DNA of 64,000 nucleotides from an uncultured Chloroflexia bacterium. GTDB taxonomy: Bacteria > Chloroflexota > Limnocylindria > Limnocylindrales > CSP1-4. Shown here in pieces: positions 20,030 through 29,297 of the stretch (its first letter is position 1; each line of letters begins with the position of its first letter). The notes beneath the pieces are model-generated. The model did no database searches and had not been told where the DNA came from. It saw nothing but the letters and a program-made list of their open reading frames with translations. Location of the stretch: NCBI GenBank assembly GCA_963833225.1, contig CAWHXD010000019.1, forward strand, positions 128,001 to 192,000, given 5' to 3'. The translations under genes and the position numbers were made by a program.

Positions 20030-20361
20030 CCCCTCCCGATGTGGATGAACAGCCGGGCGAGCTCCTGGTGGCCGAACACGAAGCCGAGGCCGCAGCGCAC
20101 GCCCTCGTGGCGCTCGAACACGTGCTCGCAGTTGGCGCAGGCAGCGCCGGCGTCGGGGTGCTTGGCGGTCGGCTGCCGGACCGGGACCGGCAGCCTGAAG
20201 ACGTGGCCACGCGTGCGGATGGGCCAGACGCACCGGTAGCGCGGCCGGCGGTGGGCGGTGCTCCACCGGCAGGGCGAGAAGCCGTCGAACTGGACCCGCG
20301 TGCCTGGATGGTCCGGGCACACGGGGCGGACATCGGGCCGGTCAGGGAGGGCGAGAGTCAT
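20026..20361 (-). CDS. Cys/His-rich N-terminal part of the transposase (or a separate coupled ORF)
   Basis: CPDH, RYRC..H and CANC; ends in an ATGA overlap with the DDE ORF. One added G gives continuous ELARLFIHIGRGMSLRDAS (HTH-like). Confidence 0.7.
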   Translation of the reverse strand: MTLALPDRPDVRPVCPDHPGTRVQFDGFSPCRWSTAHRRPRYRCVWPIRTRGHVFRLPVPVRQPTAKHPDAGAACANCEHVFERHEGVRCGLGFVFGHQELARLFIHIGRG

Positions 20362-20425
20362 GTCGCGAGTCTGCCGCGGCGCTGTGCCACCTACGATGGC
20401 GCGGTGGTCCCGATCTCGCTACGGG

Positions 20426-20449
20426 TTCCAACGCAGATACAACAGGGAT
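20426..20449 (-). repeat. Terminal inverted repeat abutting the tRNA CCA end
   Basis: TTCCAACGCAGATACAACAGGGAT, reverse complement of 17437-17460. Confidence 0.95.
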
Positions 20450-20526
<77 letters not shown>

Positions 20527-20628
20527 GCGGCCGCCGAATGATACCGCCCACGCTCGTCCGCACCAATCGAGTCGGGGCCCGTCGCGTGCGAGGCGAGTCG
20601 CGAACCCGGCGGGACGGGCCCCCACCGG

Positions 20629-21600
20629 GTGGGGCACAATCCCGTGGTGCCCCCTGAACAGCGCTTCCCGCAGGCGCGTCCCCGCCGAAACGCGCATGCC
20701 CGTCTCGCGCTGATCGGCGCGGCGGGGGCCGCGGTCGTGCTGCTGGCCGCCCCCGCGCTGGGTCCCCGCGGCAGCGTCCTCGACCTGCGCAGCGACAACA
20801 CGACGCCCGCGGCCGTGACCCAGGCGCGCGATCCCGGTGGCCCATCCGCAACCGCTCCGGCCGCGGCCGCCACCCCCGGGCCGGGTGCCCTGCCGGCGTC
20901 CGCCGCGGGGACGCGGGACCTCGACCTTGCGCTTGACCTTGTCGCCCAGCGGGCCGCCATGCGGCAGGTGACGCGGCCGGTCGGTGTCCCCCCGCTCTCC
21001 AGCCTGACGGGCTACCAGTGGCCGCTCGCGCACCCGCGCCTCACCCTGCCGTTCGGGCCATCGCCATGGGGCTCGCGCCTCGTGGCCGGCGAGCCATTCC
21101 ACGATGGGGTGGACCTCGCCACCTTCTGCGGCGACCGGATCCATGCCGCCCATGCCGGCACGGTCATCGCGGCGGGGCGTCACTACGACGCGGCGATGGG
21201 CTGGGTGGGGGACCTGCACCCCTATCTCGCCCGTCTCGATCGGAAGCACCTGTGGTTTGAGCTGCCGATCGTGGTCGTCATCGACGACGGCAACGGCTAT
21301 CGCAGCATGTACGCCCACTTCGGACGCCTCGTCGTGGCCAAGGGCGACGTCGTGCAGGCGGGCGACCTCCTTGGCTTCGAGGGGATGACGGGTCGCGCCT
21401 CGGGCTGTCACCTCCACTACGGGCTGTACTCCCCGATGGAGACGGCGACGTTCCGGCTTCGGCCCGACGTCGTGAAGCGCATGAAGCTGCCGCGGGCGCA
21501 GATCGCGCGCGTCGATCCGCTCCTGGTCCTGCCACCGAAGGCCGGGATCAACGCCCCCAAGCACCACAAGACGTCGCCGCCCCGCGACACGTCTCCCTGA
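20629..21600 (+). CDS. M23 family metallopeptidase
   Basis: HDGVD, YAHF, GRASGCHLHY; N-terminal TM/signal segment. Confidence 0.9.
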   Translation: MGHNPVVPPEQRFPQARPRRNAHARLALIGAAGAAVVLLAAPALGPRGSVLDLRSDNTTPAAVTQARDPGGPSATAPAAAATPGPGALPASAAGTRDLDLALDLVAQRAAMRQVTRPVGVPPLSSLTGYQWPLAHPRLTLPFGPSPWGSRLVAGEPFHDGVDLATFCGDRIHAAHAGTVIAAGRHYDAAMGWVGDLHPYLARLDRKHLWFELPIVVVIDDGNGYRSMYAHFGRLVVAKGDVVQAGDLLGFEGMTGRASGCHLHYGLYSPMETATFRLRPDVVKRMKLPRAQIARVDPLLVLPPKAGINAPKHHKTSPPRDTSP

Positions 21601-21612
21601 GGCGCGAGACCC

Positions 21613-23082
21613 CTAGTCCGACCGCCGGTACCGGCGCCCGACGAGCGACCACGCGGGCACCCTTCCCAGCGCGGCTTCCAGCGACGGTCCCGCGCCGCCG
21701 TCCCGTCGCTCGATGGCGAGCCGGTCGGGCGCGCCGGCACCGGGCCTCGCGTCGATCCCCACGAGGTCCACGACCACGCGCCCCGGCTCCGCCTCGCCGA
21801 GCTCGGCGAGCAGCGCCGCAGGCCACTCGGGCGTGGCCTGCTCGGCGTGAACCTCGCGCTCCGCGTGCCAGCGCGGGTGGCGGAGGAGGATCGCCCGCCA
21901 GCCGTCGGCGACCTCGGAGGTCACGCACCCGTCGCCGGGAACAGGCGTGACCGAGAGATGCTCCCCGCGCGCCCAACCGGCGGCCTGGTGGAGCAGCGCG
22001 TACTCGTCGAGATCCGCGAAGGCGGACAGCCGCTCGGCGGGAGACCCATCCCCGAACACGGCCCGGATGGACGGCGCGAACACCTCGGCGAGGTCCAGGT
22101 CGATCGCCCGCACGGTCCGGTGCAGGTACACGTGGCGGTACATGAACAGCCGCGCCGTGAGGAACATCTCGAGCGCCCCCAGCCCGGACTCGTAGAGGGT
22201 CAGCCCGCGCTCCGAGATGAAGCAGTACCGTCGGAGCCGCTCGGCGTCCACCGGGCCCATCGACACACCGGTCAGGTAGGCGTCGCGGCGCACGTAGTCC
22301 AGGTTGTCCACGGTGAACACGCCCGAGAGCAGCGGCTGGAGGACGCGGATCCAGCCCGGCATCGATGGATCCTCGAGCGCGGGCTTGGACACCAGGAAGG
22401 AGACCCACCGCGGGTCGATGCGCTCGCCGTCCGCGAATCGGTCACGTTCCGGCCCGCGACCCGGGGCCCGGCGCAGTCCCCGGATGACGGGTCCCAGCTC
22501 CCGCTCGATGACCAGCTGCGAGAGGTCCTCGTGGCTGAGCGACTTGGCGCCGGGCCGTCGGGGATCCGCGGGTGCCGGAAAGGCGGACAGGAACCGGTCG
22601 TCGAAGAAGTGGGCGAACGGCCCGTGTCCCACGTCGTGGAGCAGGCCGGCGATCCGGAGGGTCTCCACCACCAAACCCTCGGACGGGACGGGCTCACCCG
22701 GGGCGAGCACGGGCAGCGACGACACCAGCGACGCGTAGAGCGAGCGCGCCCACAGCCCCGCCTCATGCATCACGCCCAGGCCGTGCGTGAACCGGGAGTG
22801 CTCCGCGGTCGGGAAGACCCAGCGCGCGCTCTGGAGCTGGGAGATCCGGCGCAGCCGCTGGAGCCACGCGGAATCCAGGAGATCGTCCTCGGCGACGTCC
22901 TCGTCCGCGAACCCCGCCGCGCGGCACTCCGCCGGGGAAAGGCGCTTGGTCAGCTCGACGTAGCCGTGGATCGGGTCGCTGATCAGGTTGACGGCCGCGA
23001 ACGGCGCGCGACGCCCGGGCGCTTCCCGGGGCGCTCCATCGAACGCGGCTACGGGACCCAGATCTTCTTCTCGGTGGTCCAC
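21613..23082 (-). CDS. HD-domain phosphohydrolase (dNTP triphosphohydrolase/SAMHD1-like)
   Basis: DPIHG, QRLRRISQL, HSRFTHGLG, LLHDVGHGPFAH, DNLDYVRRD, RLFMYRHVYLH; start uncertain. Confidence 0.88.
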   Translation of the reverse strand: MDHREEDLGPVAAFDGAPREAPGRRAPFAAVNLISDPIHGYVELTKRLSPAECRAAGFADEDVAEDDLLDSAWLQRLRRISQLQSARWVFPTAEHSRFTHGLGVMHEAGLWARSLYASLVSSLPVLAPGEPVPSEGLVVETLRIAGLLHDVGHGPFAHFFDDRFLSAFPAPADPRRPGAKSLSHEDLSQLVIERELGPVIRGLRRAPGRGPERDRFADGERIDPRWVSFLVSKPALEDPSMPGWIRVLQPLLSGVFTVDNLDYVRRDAYLTGVSMGPVDAERLRRYCFISERGLTLYESGLGALEMFLTARLFMYRHVYLHRTVRAIDLDLAEVFAPSIRAVFGDGSPAERLSAFADLDEYALLHQAAGWARGEHLSVTPVPGDGCVTSEVADGWRAILLRHPRWHAEREVHAEQATPEWPAALLAELGEAEPGRVVVDLVGIDARPGAGAPDRLAIERRDGGAGPSLEAALGRVPAWSLVGRRYRRSD

Positions 23083-23856
23083 GCCGAGAGGTTACCGCGA
23101 CCGTCCTGCGCCTGGACCCGGAAGAAATACCAGTGGCCGTGCGCCCGGTTCTTGCGCCGGACCCGTGTCTTCGTGGTGTCGTCGCGGATCGTCTTCCAGG
23201 CGTGATCGTCGCGGCGGAACTGGACGTCGAACGAGCTCAGGCCCGCGGTGTGGGTCTGCAGCCGAGGGTCAGAGCCGCTCCACCGGAACGTGAGGTCGTC
23301 GCCGCTCCGCACCAGGCTCCCATTGCGCGCGACCGGCAGGGTGTGGTCCGCGGACTCCGTCATCACGATCGATGCCCAGGTGGAGCCGTCGCCTGCCTGC
23401 GCGATGCCCACCCCGACGTAGTTGAAGTCCGCGCTGAACATGATCCCGCGATGGGCGTCGCTGTTCTTCCACATGGAGTACAGGCTGTCGGCCGCCTGCT
23501 GCCCGATCGGCCAGCCGGTCATCCCGATGATCTCGCCATAGCCCAGCCAGTTGATCCCACGCGCGTCGAGCGCGAGCCCCACGTCGCCGCCGGCCGCGGT
23601 ATGCGAGAGGGTGATGAGGTCGGCCATGCGTTGCGCCCGCTCGGTCGCGAGGGCGGTGAGGGCGTCCCACGTCCGGTAGGCGACCAGCCCCCGGTCCGTT
23701 CGGTCCCCGTTCATCGAGGCCAGGATCATCCCGGCAACGTCGGTCGTCGTGGCGGCAGCCACGGGCGCGGGCGCCGCACCCAGGGCAACGATCAGCGCAA
23801 GGGCGGCAGCAAAGGAGGCGAGTCGGCCAGAGATGCGGGGGGTGGTGGCGTCGATG
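23049..23856 (-). CDS. Secreted CAP (SCP) domain protein with C-terminal FN3-like domain
   Basis: NGDRTDRGL, GEIIG, WKNSDAHRGIM..DFNYVGVG, YFFRVQAQDGRGNLSAW. A signal peptide (RRHHPRISGRLASFAAALAL) lies in frame upstream of the track start 23762, but no standard start codon is visible near 23856. Confidence 0.8.
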
Positions 23857-23957
23857 GGAGGTCCCTCTGCGGGGGCAAGATGGGCGACCCGCCAAGGCTA
23901 GCGGAGATGGTGCAACCGGGCACCGGACCCGATGGGCCACCGCTGCCGGGCCGTTTG

Positions 23958-24977
23958 TCAGGTTGTGGACGAGTACCGGTCGAGGGCCGCCCGCAGCGTG
24001 CCCACCACGTCGTCGCGCAGCGCCGCCGGGGCAAGGACCTCCACATCCGAACCCCAGGACAGGATCCACAGCCGGATCTCGATGGTGCCGGCCACGGTTG
24101 CCCGCCACTCCAGGGAGCCGTCCGGCAGCTCCGTCACCCGCTGGCTCGGGTGCCACTGCGCCTCCATCACCCGCCCGGCGACGTCCGGCCGGAAGCGCAG
24201 CACGACCTCGGTCGCCGGCTGGTCGGCGATGATGTCCCACGCTCGCCGGAGCTGGGCGACCACGTCGGCCTCGGGGGCCTCGAACGTCCGCGGCAGCACC
24301 GCCAGATCCCGGATGCGCTCCACCTTGAAGGTCCGCATCGCCCCTCGATCCTCGTCGAACCCGATCAGGTACAGGGCGTGCGTCTGCAGGGACGGCTCCA
24401 GGAGATAGGGACGGACGGTGGCCCGACGCGGGCTCCGCGCCCCGCTGTACGGGGCCGGGACGTACTCGAACGCCACGACCCGCCGGTCCGCCCAGGCCTT
24501 CGTGAGGTCCCCGACATGGCGGTTGAAGACGGGGTCAACCGCGCGGCTCGCCAGGTCCTGGACGGTCCGCTCGACGTGCGCCCGCAGCGACGCGGGCAGG
24601 CCTTCCTCGAGCTTGGTGAACGCGGAGGCGAGGACCGGGTCGTGCTTGTCCATGTACCGGGTCAGCAGGCGCGCCGAGAGGAAGATCGCCATGGCCTCCG
24701 AGAGGGTCAGGCGAAGTGGCGGCAGGAAGGCCTCGCCCTCCACGCCCCAGCGCCCGCCATCGCTCCAGACGGGGATGCCCAGCTCTTCCTCGATCGCCTT
24801 GAGGTCGCGATAGACCGTCCGCTTGGCCATGCCGGTCCGCTTCGCGATCTCCATCGGCGTGATCCCGTGCGTCCCGTTGGCCCGCAGCACCCCGACCACG
24901 GTCAGCAGCCGGGCCGTGCGGTCGCGCTTGGCGCGGTCGTCGCCCGGCAGCTCATCGAACACGGGCGTCCTCCTCAT
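23958..24977 (-). CDS. WYL-domain transcriptional regulator (HTH-WYL-WCX)
   Basis: KRTVYRDL HTH, VRPY, LYLIG..RGAMRTFKVERI, WILSWGSDVEVLAP..LR. Confidence 0.92.
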   Translation of the reverse strand: MRRTPVFDELPGDDRAKRDRTARLLTVVGVLRANGTHGITPMEIAKRTGMAKRTVYRDLKAIEEELGIPVWSDGGRWGVEGEAFLPPLRLTLSEAMAIFLSARLLTRYMDKHDPVLASAFTKLEEGLPASLRAHVERTVQDLASRAVDPVFNRHVGDLTKAWADRRVVAFEYVPAPYSGARSPRRATVRPYLLEPSLQTHALYLIGFDEDRGAMRTFKVERIRDLAVLPRTFEAPEADVVAQLRRAWDIIADQPATEVVLRFRPDVAGRVMEAQWHPSQRVTELPDGSLEWRATVAGTIEIRLWILSWGSDVEVLAPAALRDDVVGTLRAALDRYSSTT

Positions 24978-25195
24978 CGCGGTCCGGTGGACCAGTCGCG
25001 GCGGCCTCGCCACGATCGATCTCCGGCAGCCGACACCGTACCCCGATCGACCACGCGCCGTCCGGGGCTGTGCGCGGCCCACCCATGCCCAAGGTACTCA
25101 GACCGATAGGACTCCCGGGTCATCGTCCCGCGATGCCCCCAGGATCATCGTTGCGTCACCGCACCACGGTGCAGCACCCACAGACGACATCCCCA

Positions 25196-25285
25196 TCCGG
25201 TCGAGGCGGTTCTTCCCTCCTCCCGCCGAGACCGGAGACCCTCCGAAGCGACGCCGACCTCCTCCCGGCGTCGCTTCGGCCGTTT
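25196..25285 (+). ncRNA. Candidate cuckoo-like sRNA: two hairpins each carrying CCUCCUCCC
   Basis: Hairpin 25196-25236 and perfect 14-bp hairpin 25243-25279; CCTCCTCCC at 25216-25224 and 25258-25266. Confidence 0.5.
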
Positions 25286-25335
25286 GCGCACGGGTACACT
25301 TCCGCCGGACACCCCAAGGAGGAGCACCCAAGGAC

Positions 25336-26301
25336 ATGCGCACGCTCAAGGGCATCCCTGCCCTCGCCCTCGTCGCCGCGTTCGCCGCGGCCTGTACCGG
25401 CGGCGCCGCCTCGCCGTCCGCCGCCCCCACCGTGGCCCCCACGGTCGCCCCGACCGAGGCGCCTGCAACGGCCGCCCCCACGGAGGCCCCCACCGAGGCG
25501 CCAACGGCGACCCCCGACGCCTGCGCACCGGAGAACCTCGCCCTCAAGACCCCGGGCATGGTCACGATGGGCGCCGACAACCCGGCGTACCCGCCGTACT
25601 TCGAGCCCGGCGACACGAACACCGATCCGTGGGAGCTTGGCGACCCGACCAACGGCATGGGCTTTGAGGGAGCGGTTGCCGCCGCCGTCGTGCGCGAGCT
25701 CGGCTTCGGTCCCGACACCACGACCTGGGTCGTCGCCCCGTTCAACAACGCCATCGGTCCCGGCAGCAAGGACTACGACATCTACATCTCGCAGGTCAGC
25801 TACACCGACGAGCGTGCCCAGGCCGTGGACCTCACTGACGGCTACTACGACGTCGCGCAGTCGATCGTCGCGGCCAAGGGCAGCCCGCTCGCGAGCGTCA
25901 CCTCGGTTGCCGCGCTCAAGGACTTCGTCTTTGGCGCCCAGGTCGGCACCACGAGCTACACGCTCATCACCGACGTGATCGCCCCCACCAAGGATGCCAA
26001 GGTCTACGACACCAACGACCTCGCAGTGAAGGCCCTCAAGAACGGCCAGATCGACGGCCTGGTCGTCGACCTGCCGACGGCGTTCTTCGTGACCGCGGTC
26101 CAGTTCGGCAAGGGCACCATCGTCGGCCAGTTCGCGCCGGCGGCCGACGCGGAGCACTTCTCGATGGTTCTCGCCAAGGGCAGTCCGCTGACCGCCTGCG
26201 TCAATGCCGCCCTTGGCCGGCTCCGCGCCAGCGGCGAGCTCTCGACGATCACCCAGGAGTGGCTGGCCGACAAGGCGGACGCCCCGGTCTTCCAGCCCTA
26301 G
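25336..26301 (+). CDS. Polar amino acid ABC transporter substrate-binding lipoprotein
   Basis: Lipobox-like FAAAC, PAYPPY, GAQVGTTS, VDLPTA; AGGAGGAG and a TACACT -10 upstream. Confidence 0.9.
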   Translation: MRTLKGIPALALVAAFAAACTGGAASPSAAPTVAPTVAPTEAPATAAPTEAPTEAPTATPDACAPENLALKTPGMVTMGADNPAYPPYFEPGDTNTDPWELGDPTNGMGFEGAVAAAVVRELGFGPDTTTWVVAPFNNAIGPGSKDYDIYISQVSYTDERAQAVDLTDGYYDVAQSIVAAKGSPLASVTSVAALKDFVFGAQVGTTSYTLITDVIAPTKDAKVYDTNDLAVKALKNGQIDGLVVDLPTAFFVTAVQFGKGTIVGQFAPAADAEHFSMVLAKGSPLTACVNAALGRLRASGELSTITQEWLADKADAPVFQP

Positions 26302-26311
26302 TCCTCGGTTG

Positions 26312-27244
26312 ATGCCTCCCGACGGGGCCCTGTCGTCGTCCGACGGGGCGGTTCCGCCGCCCCGCGTGACCCGCGGGCCCCGGTTCGGGCTGGGCGCGGA
26401 GGGCGCCCGCTCGCTCGGGGTTGCGACCGTCTCGACGGTCGTGGTGTTCGGCCTGCTGGGGTTCGTGATCGTCAACTCGGCCGGCTGGCCGGAGGTCCAG
26501 CGCTACTTCTTCGACGGAAAGATCTTCGCCGAGTCGCTCCCCAAGGTCCTCGGCAAGTTCTGGGTCAACATCCAGCTGTTCCTGATCGCCGAGGTGCTGA
26601 TCCTGGTGTTCGGGCTCCTGCTCGCGGTGCTCCGCAGCCTGCCCGGGCCCGCCTTCTTCCCGCTCCGCCTGATGGCCACGATCTATGTCGACGTGTTCCG
26701 GGCGCTGCCCGGGATCCTCGTCATCCTCGCGCTGGGCATCGGCATTCCCGCGCTCGAGATCGAGGGGGTGCCCAAGGATGAGTTCTTCTACGCGGTCGTC
26801 GTCCTGACGCTCCTCTACTCGGCCTACGTGTCCGAGGTCTACCGGGCCGGCATCGAGTCCATCCACCCCAGCCAGACCGCCGCCGCCCGGTCGCTCGGGT
26901 TGTCCCAGGTGCAGACGATGCGCCACGTGGTCGTGCCCCAGGCGGTCCGCCGGGTGATCCCGCCCCTGCTCAACGACTTCATCGGGCTCCAGAAGGACAC
27001 CGTGCTCGTCTCCTACATCGGCCTGGTGGAGATCTTCCGCCAGACCCAGATCATGTCCGCCGCCAAGTTCAACTTCACGCCCTACGTGGCGACCGCGCTG
27101 GTGTTCCTGGTGGTGACCATCCCGCTGGCCCGCCTGACCGACTGGCTGATCGCCCGAGAGCGGCGCAAGGGACAGGGTGGCTCGGGAGCGCCGTCGGCCT
27201 CGGCGTCGCGGCGGCGCGGCCGCCTGGTGGGGGCGGGGCGGTGA
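26312..27244 (+). CDS. Polar amino acid ABC transporter permease
   Basis: [43 protein letters not shown]. Confidence 0.92.
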   Translation: MPPDGALSSSDGAVPPPRVTRGPRFGLGAEGARSLGVATVSTVVVFGLLGFVIVNSAGWPEVQRYFFDGKIFAESLPKVLGKFWVNIQLFLIAEVLILVFGLLLAVLRSLPGPAFFPLRLMATIYVDVFRALPGILVILALGIGIPALEIEGVPKDEFFYAVVVLTLLYSAYVSEVYRAGIESIHPSQTAAARSLGLSQVQTMRHVVVPQAVRRVIPPLLNDFIGLQKDTVLVSYIGLVEIFRQTQIMSAAKFNFTPYVATALVFLVVTIPLARLTDWLIARERRKGQGGSGAPSASASRRRGRLVGAGR

Positions 27245-27990
27245 GCGGCTCCGCGCTCTCAATCCACGGGCTGTGGAAGTCGTTCGGGCACCTCGACGTG
27301 CTGCAGGGCATCGACCTCGAGGTCGCCGAGCACGAGGTCATCGCGCTCATCGGCGCGTCGGGGAGCGGCAAGTCCACGCTCCTGCGCTGCATCAACCTGA
27401 TCGAGCCGATCGATGCCGGCCGGATCCTGATCGAGGGCGAGGAGATCACGGCCAAGGGTGTGGATGTCGACCGGATCCGACGCCGGGTGGGCATCGTGTT
27501 CCAGGCGTTCAACCTGTTCCCCCACATGCCCGTGATCGACAACATCACGCTCGCCCCGCGCAAGGTCCTTGGCCGGTCGCGGGCCGAGGCCGAGCGCGAG
27601 GCCACCGAGCTGCTCGAGCGGTTCGGCCTGGCCGAGAAGGCGGGCGACTACCCGGACCGGCTGTCCGGCGGGCAGCAGCAGCGGGTGGCAATCGTCCGGG
27701 CGCTGGCCATGCAGCCGGACCTGCTGCTCCTCGACGAGGTGACCTCCGCGCTGGACCCGGAGCTGGTTGCCGAGGTGCTCAGCGTGATCCGGGAGCTGGC
27801 GACGGGCGGGATGACCATGCTCATCGCCACCCACGAGATGGGGTTTGCGCGGGACATCGCCAGCCGGGTCTGCTTCCTCGATCAGGGCACGATCCTCGAG
27901 TAGGGGCCGCCGGCGCAACTGTTCTCCGAGCCCCGCGAGGCGCGAACCCGTCAGTTCCTCAACCGGATCATCGAGGCGGGGCGCCTCTAG
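27241..27990 (+). CDS. Polar amino acid ABC transporter ATP-binding protein with in-frame TAG at 27901
   Basis: [26 protein letters not shown]; conserved tail [19 protein letters not shown] continues in frame past the TAG to a stop at 27990. Confidence 0.88.
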
Positions 27991-28757
27991 GGGCCCTGCC
28001 TGCCGGCGGCCGGACCCCGGCAGGCGTCCACGAAGAACGCGAACAGCCGCTCGAAGGCCCGCGGCGTGGACTCCGTGCGCTCGGGATGACACTGGACCGC
28101 GACCCGGAACGGTCCCGACGGCGCCTCCATGGCCTCGACCAGGTCCCCGACGGGGCTGGTGGACAGACCCGATGCGACGAACACGGGTGCGAGGTCGGAC
28201 GGCCGAACCGCCTGGTGGTGATAGCTGTTCACGGTCAGCACGGCGCTCCCGGCAAGGGTCGGGCTCAGGATCCGGGCGAGCCTCGAGCCGGGCGTCAGCC
28301 GGAGGGGATGCATGTGCGCCTGGCCGTGACCGTATGGCGCTCCGAGGTGGCCGTCGACGTGGCGGGTCAGCGTGCCGCCGGCGAACACGTTCATCGCCTG
28401 GAGGCCGCGGCAGATTCCCAGGACGGGCAGCGCGCGGGCATCGGCGGCGGCCCAGGCAGCCGCCTCGAGCGCATCACGCCACGCATCCACCGCCGACGAA
28501 CCGGCCTCGGACCGCCCGTACCGGGCCGGCTCGATGTCCGAGCCGCCGCTGAGCAGGAGCCCATCCATCGACGCGAAGGCCCCGGCGCGCATCGACTCCG
28601 GCGTGGTGGCATCAAGCGGGATGGCGGTCCCGCCGTGACGGGTCACGCAGTCCACGTAGAGGGCGTTCTTGCGTGCGACCAGCGCCGGATCGGCTGCACG
28701 GGCGGCGGTTGCGAGCGTGACGACGATCCGGGGCGATCGCCCCCGGGCGGGTGACAT
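27987..28757 (-). CDS. Gamma-glutamyl-gamma-aminobutyrate hydrolase family (peptidase C26, PuuD-like)
   Basis: GLLLSGGSDI.P..YG, LGICRGLQ, VNSYHHQAV, VQCHPE. Confidence 0.9.
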   Translation of the reverse strand: MSPARGRSPRIVVTLATAARAADPALVARKNALYVDCVTRHGGTAIPLDATTPESMRAGAFASMDGLLLSGGSDIEPARYGRSEAGSSAVDAWRDALEAAAWAAADARALPVLGICRGLQAMNVFAGGTLTRHVDGHLGAPYGHGQAHMHPLRLTPGSRLARILSPTLAGSAVLTVNSYHHQAVRPSDLAPVFVASGLSTSPVGDLVEAMEAPSGPFRVAVQCHPERTESTPRAFERLFAFFVDACRGPAAGRQGP

Positions 28758-28796
28758 GTCGCGCAGCATACCCACCCCCGGATCTGGCTCGCGGGC

Positions 28797-29297
28797 CTAC
28801 CCGGCCGGCGACGCGTCCTCGGGCGGCATCGACTCGTACTCGTCGGGCGGGGTGGGGGTAGGCTCCTCGCCGGTCTCGCCGTCACCGGGCGGGGGGACGT
28901 ACTGCTGCCCCGGGAGGATCCGAAGCACCCAGCCACGCTGGAGGTTGTTGGGCGCGTAGTCGGCGGACTCGGGGTCCAGGGTCGGGTACTGGTCGCGGTT
29001 CCAGTAGGCGATGGACCGCCCGGTGGTCTTGTACCGGCGCCCGAGCCCTGTGAGGGTGTCGCCGCTGACCACCTTGTGGAGCAGGAAGGTTGGGGCTGGC
29101 GTCGGGGTGGGCGGGCCCGGCGTTGGCGTCGGGGTGGGCGGTGCGGTTGGCGTCGGGGTGGGCGTCGGGATGGGCGTGGGTGTCGGGCGGATCGACGCCG
29201 GCAGGCACGCGCCAAGAGCGACGAGAAGGAAGATCGCGAGGATGATGCGACGGGCGTGGGGACCGGGCAGCCGGTGATCGCCGCCCGGTGCGTTCAC
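28797..29297 (-). CDS. LysM-domain lipoprotein with Pro/Thr linker
   Basis: GTG overlapping the upstream TGA; LVALGAC lipobox; PT repeats; HKVVSGDTLTGLGRRY...LQRGWVLRI. Artificially fused to the GGDEF ORF in the track. Confidence 0.8.
   Translation of the reverse strand: MNAPGGDHRLPGPHARRIILAIFLLVALGACLPASIRPTPTPIPTPTPTPTAPPTPTPTPGPPTPTPAPTFLLHKVVSGDTLTGLGRRYKTTGRSIAYWNRDQYPTLDPESADYAPNNLQRGWVLRILPGQQYVPPPGDGETGEEPTPTPPDEYESMPPEDASPAG

Larger units (their letters stand above)
17437..20449 (-). mobile_element. IS256/Mutator-like transposon with passenger gene, inserted in the 3' end of tRNA-Arg
   Basis: Perfect 24-bp TIRs (17437-17460 and 20426-20449); 8-bp direct repeat TGGCGCGC on both flanks (17429-17436 and 20450-20457); DDE transposase inside. 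Confidence 0.92.
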
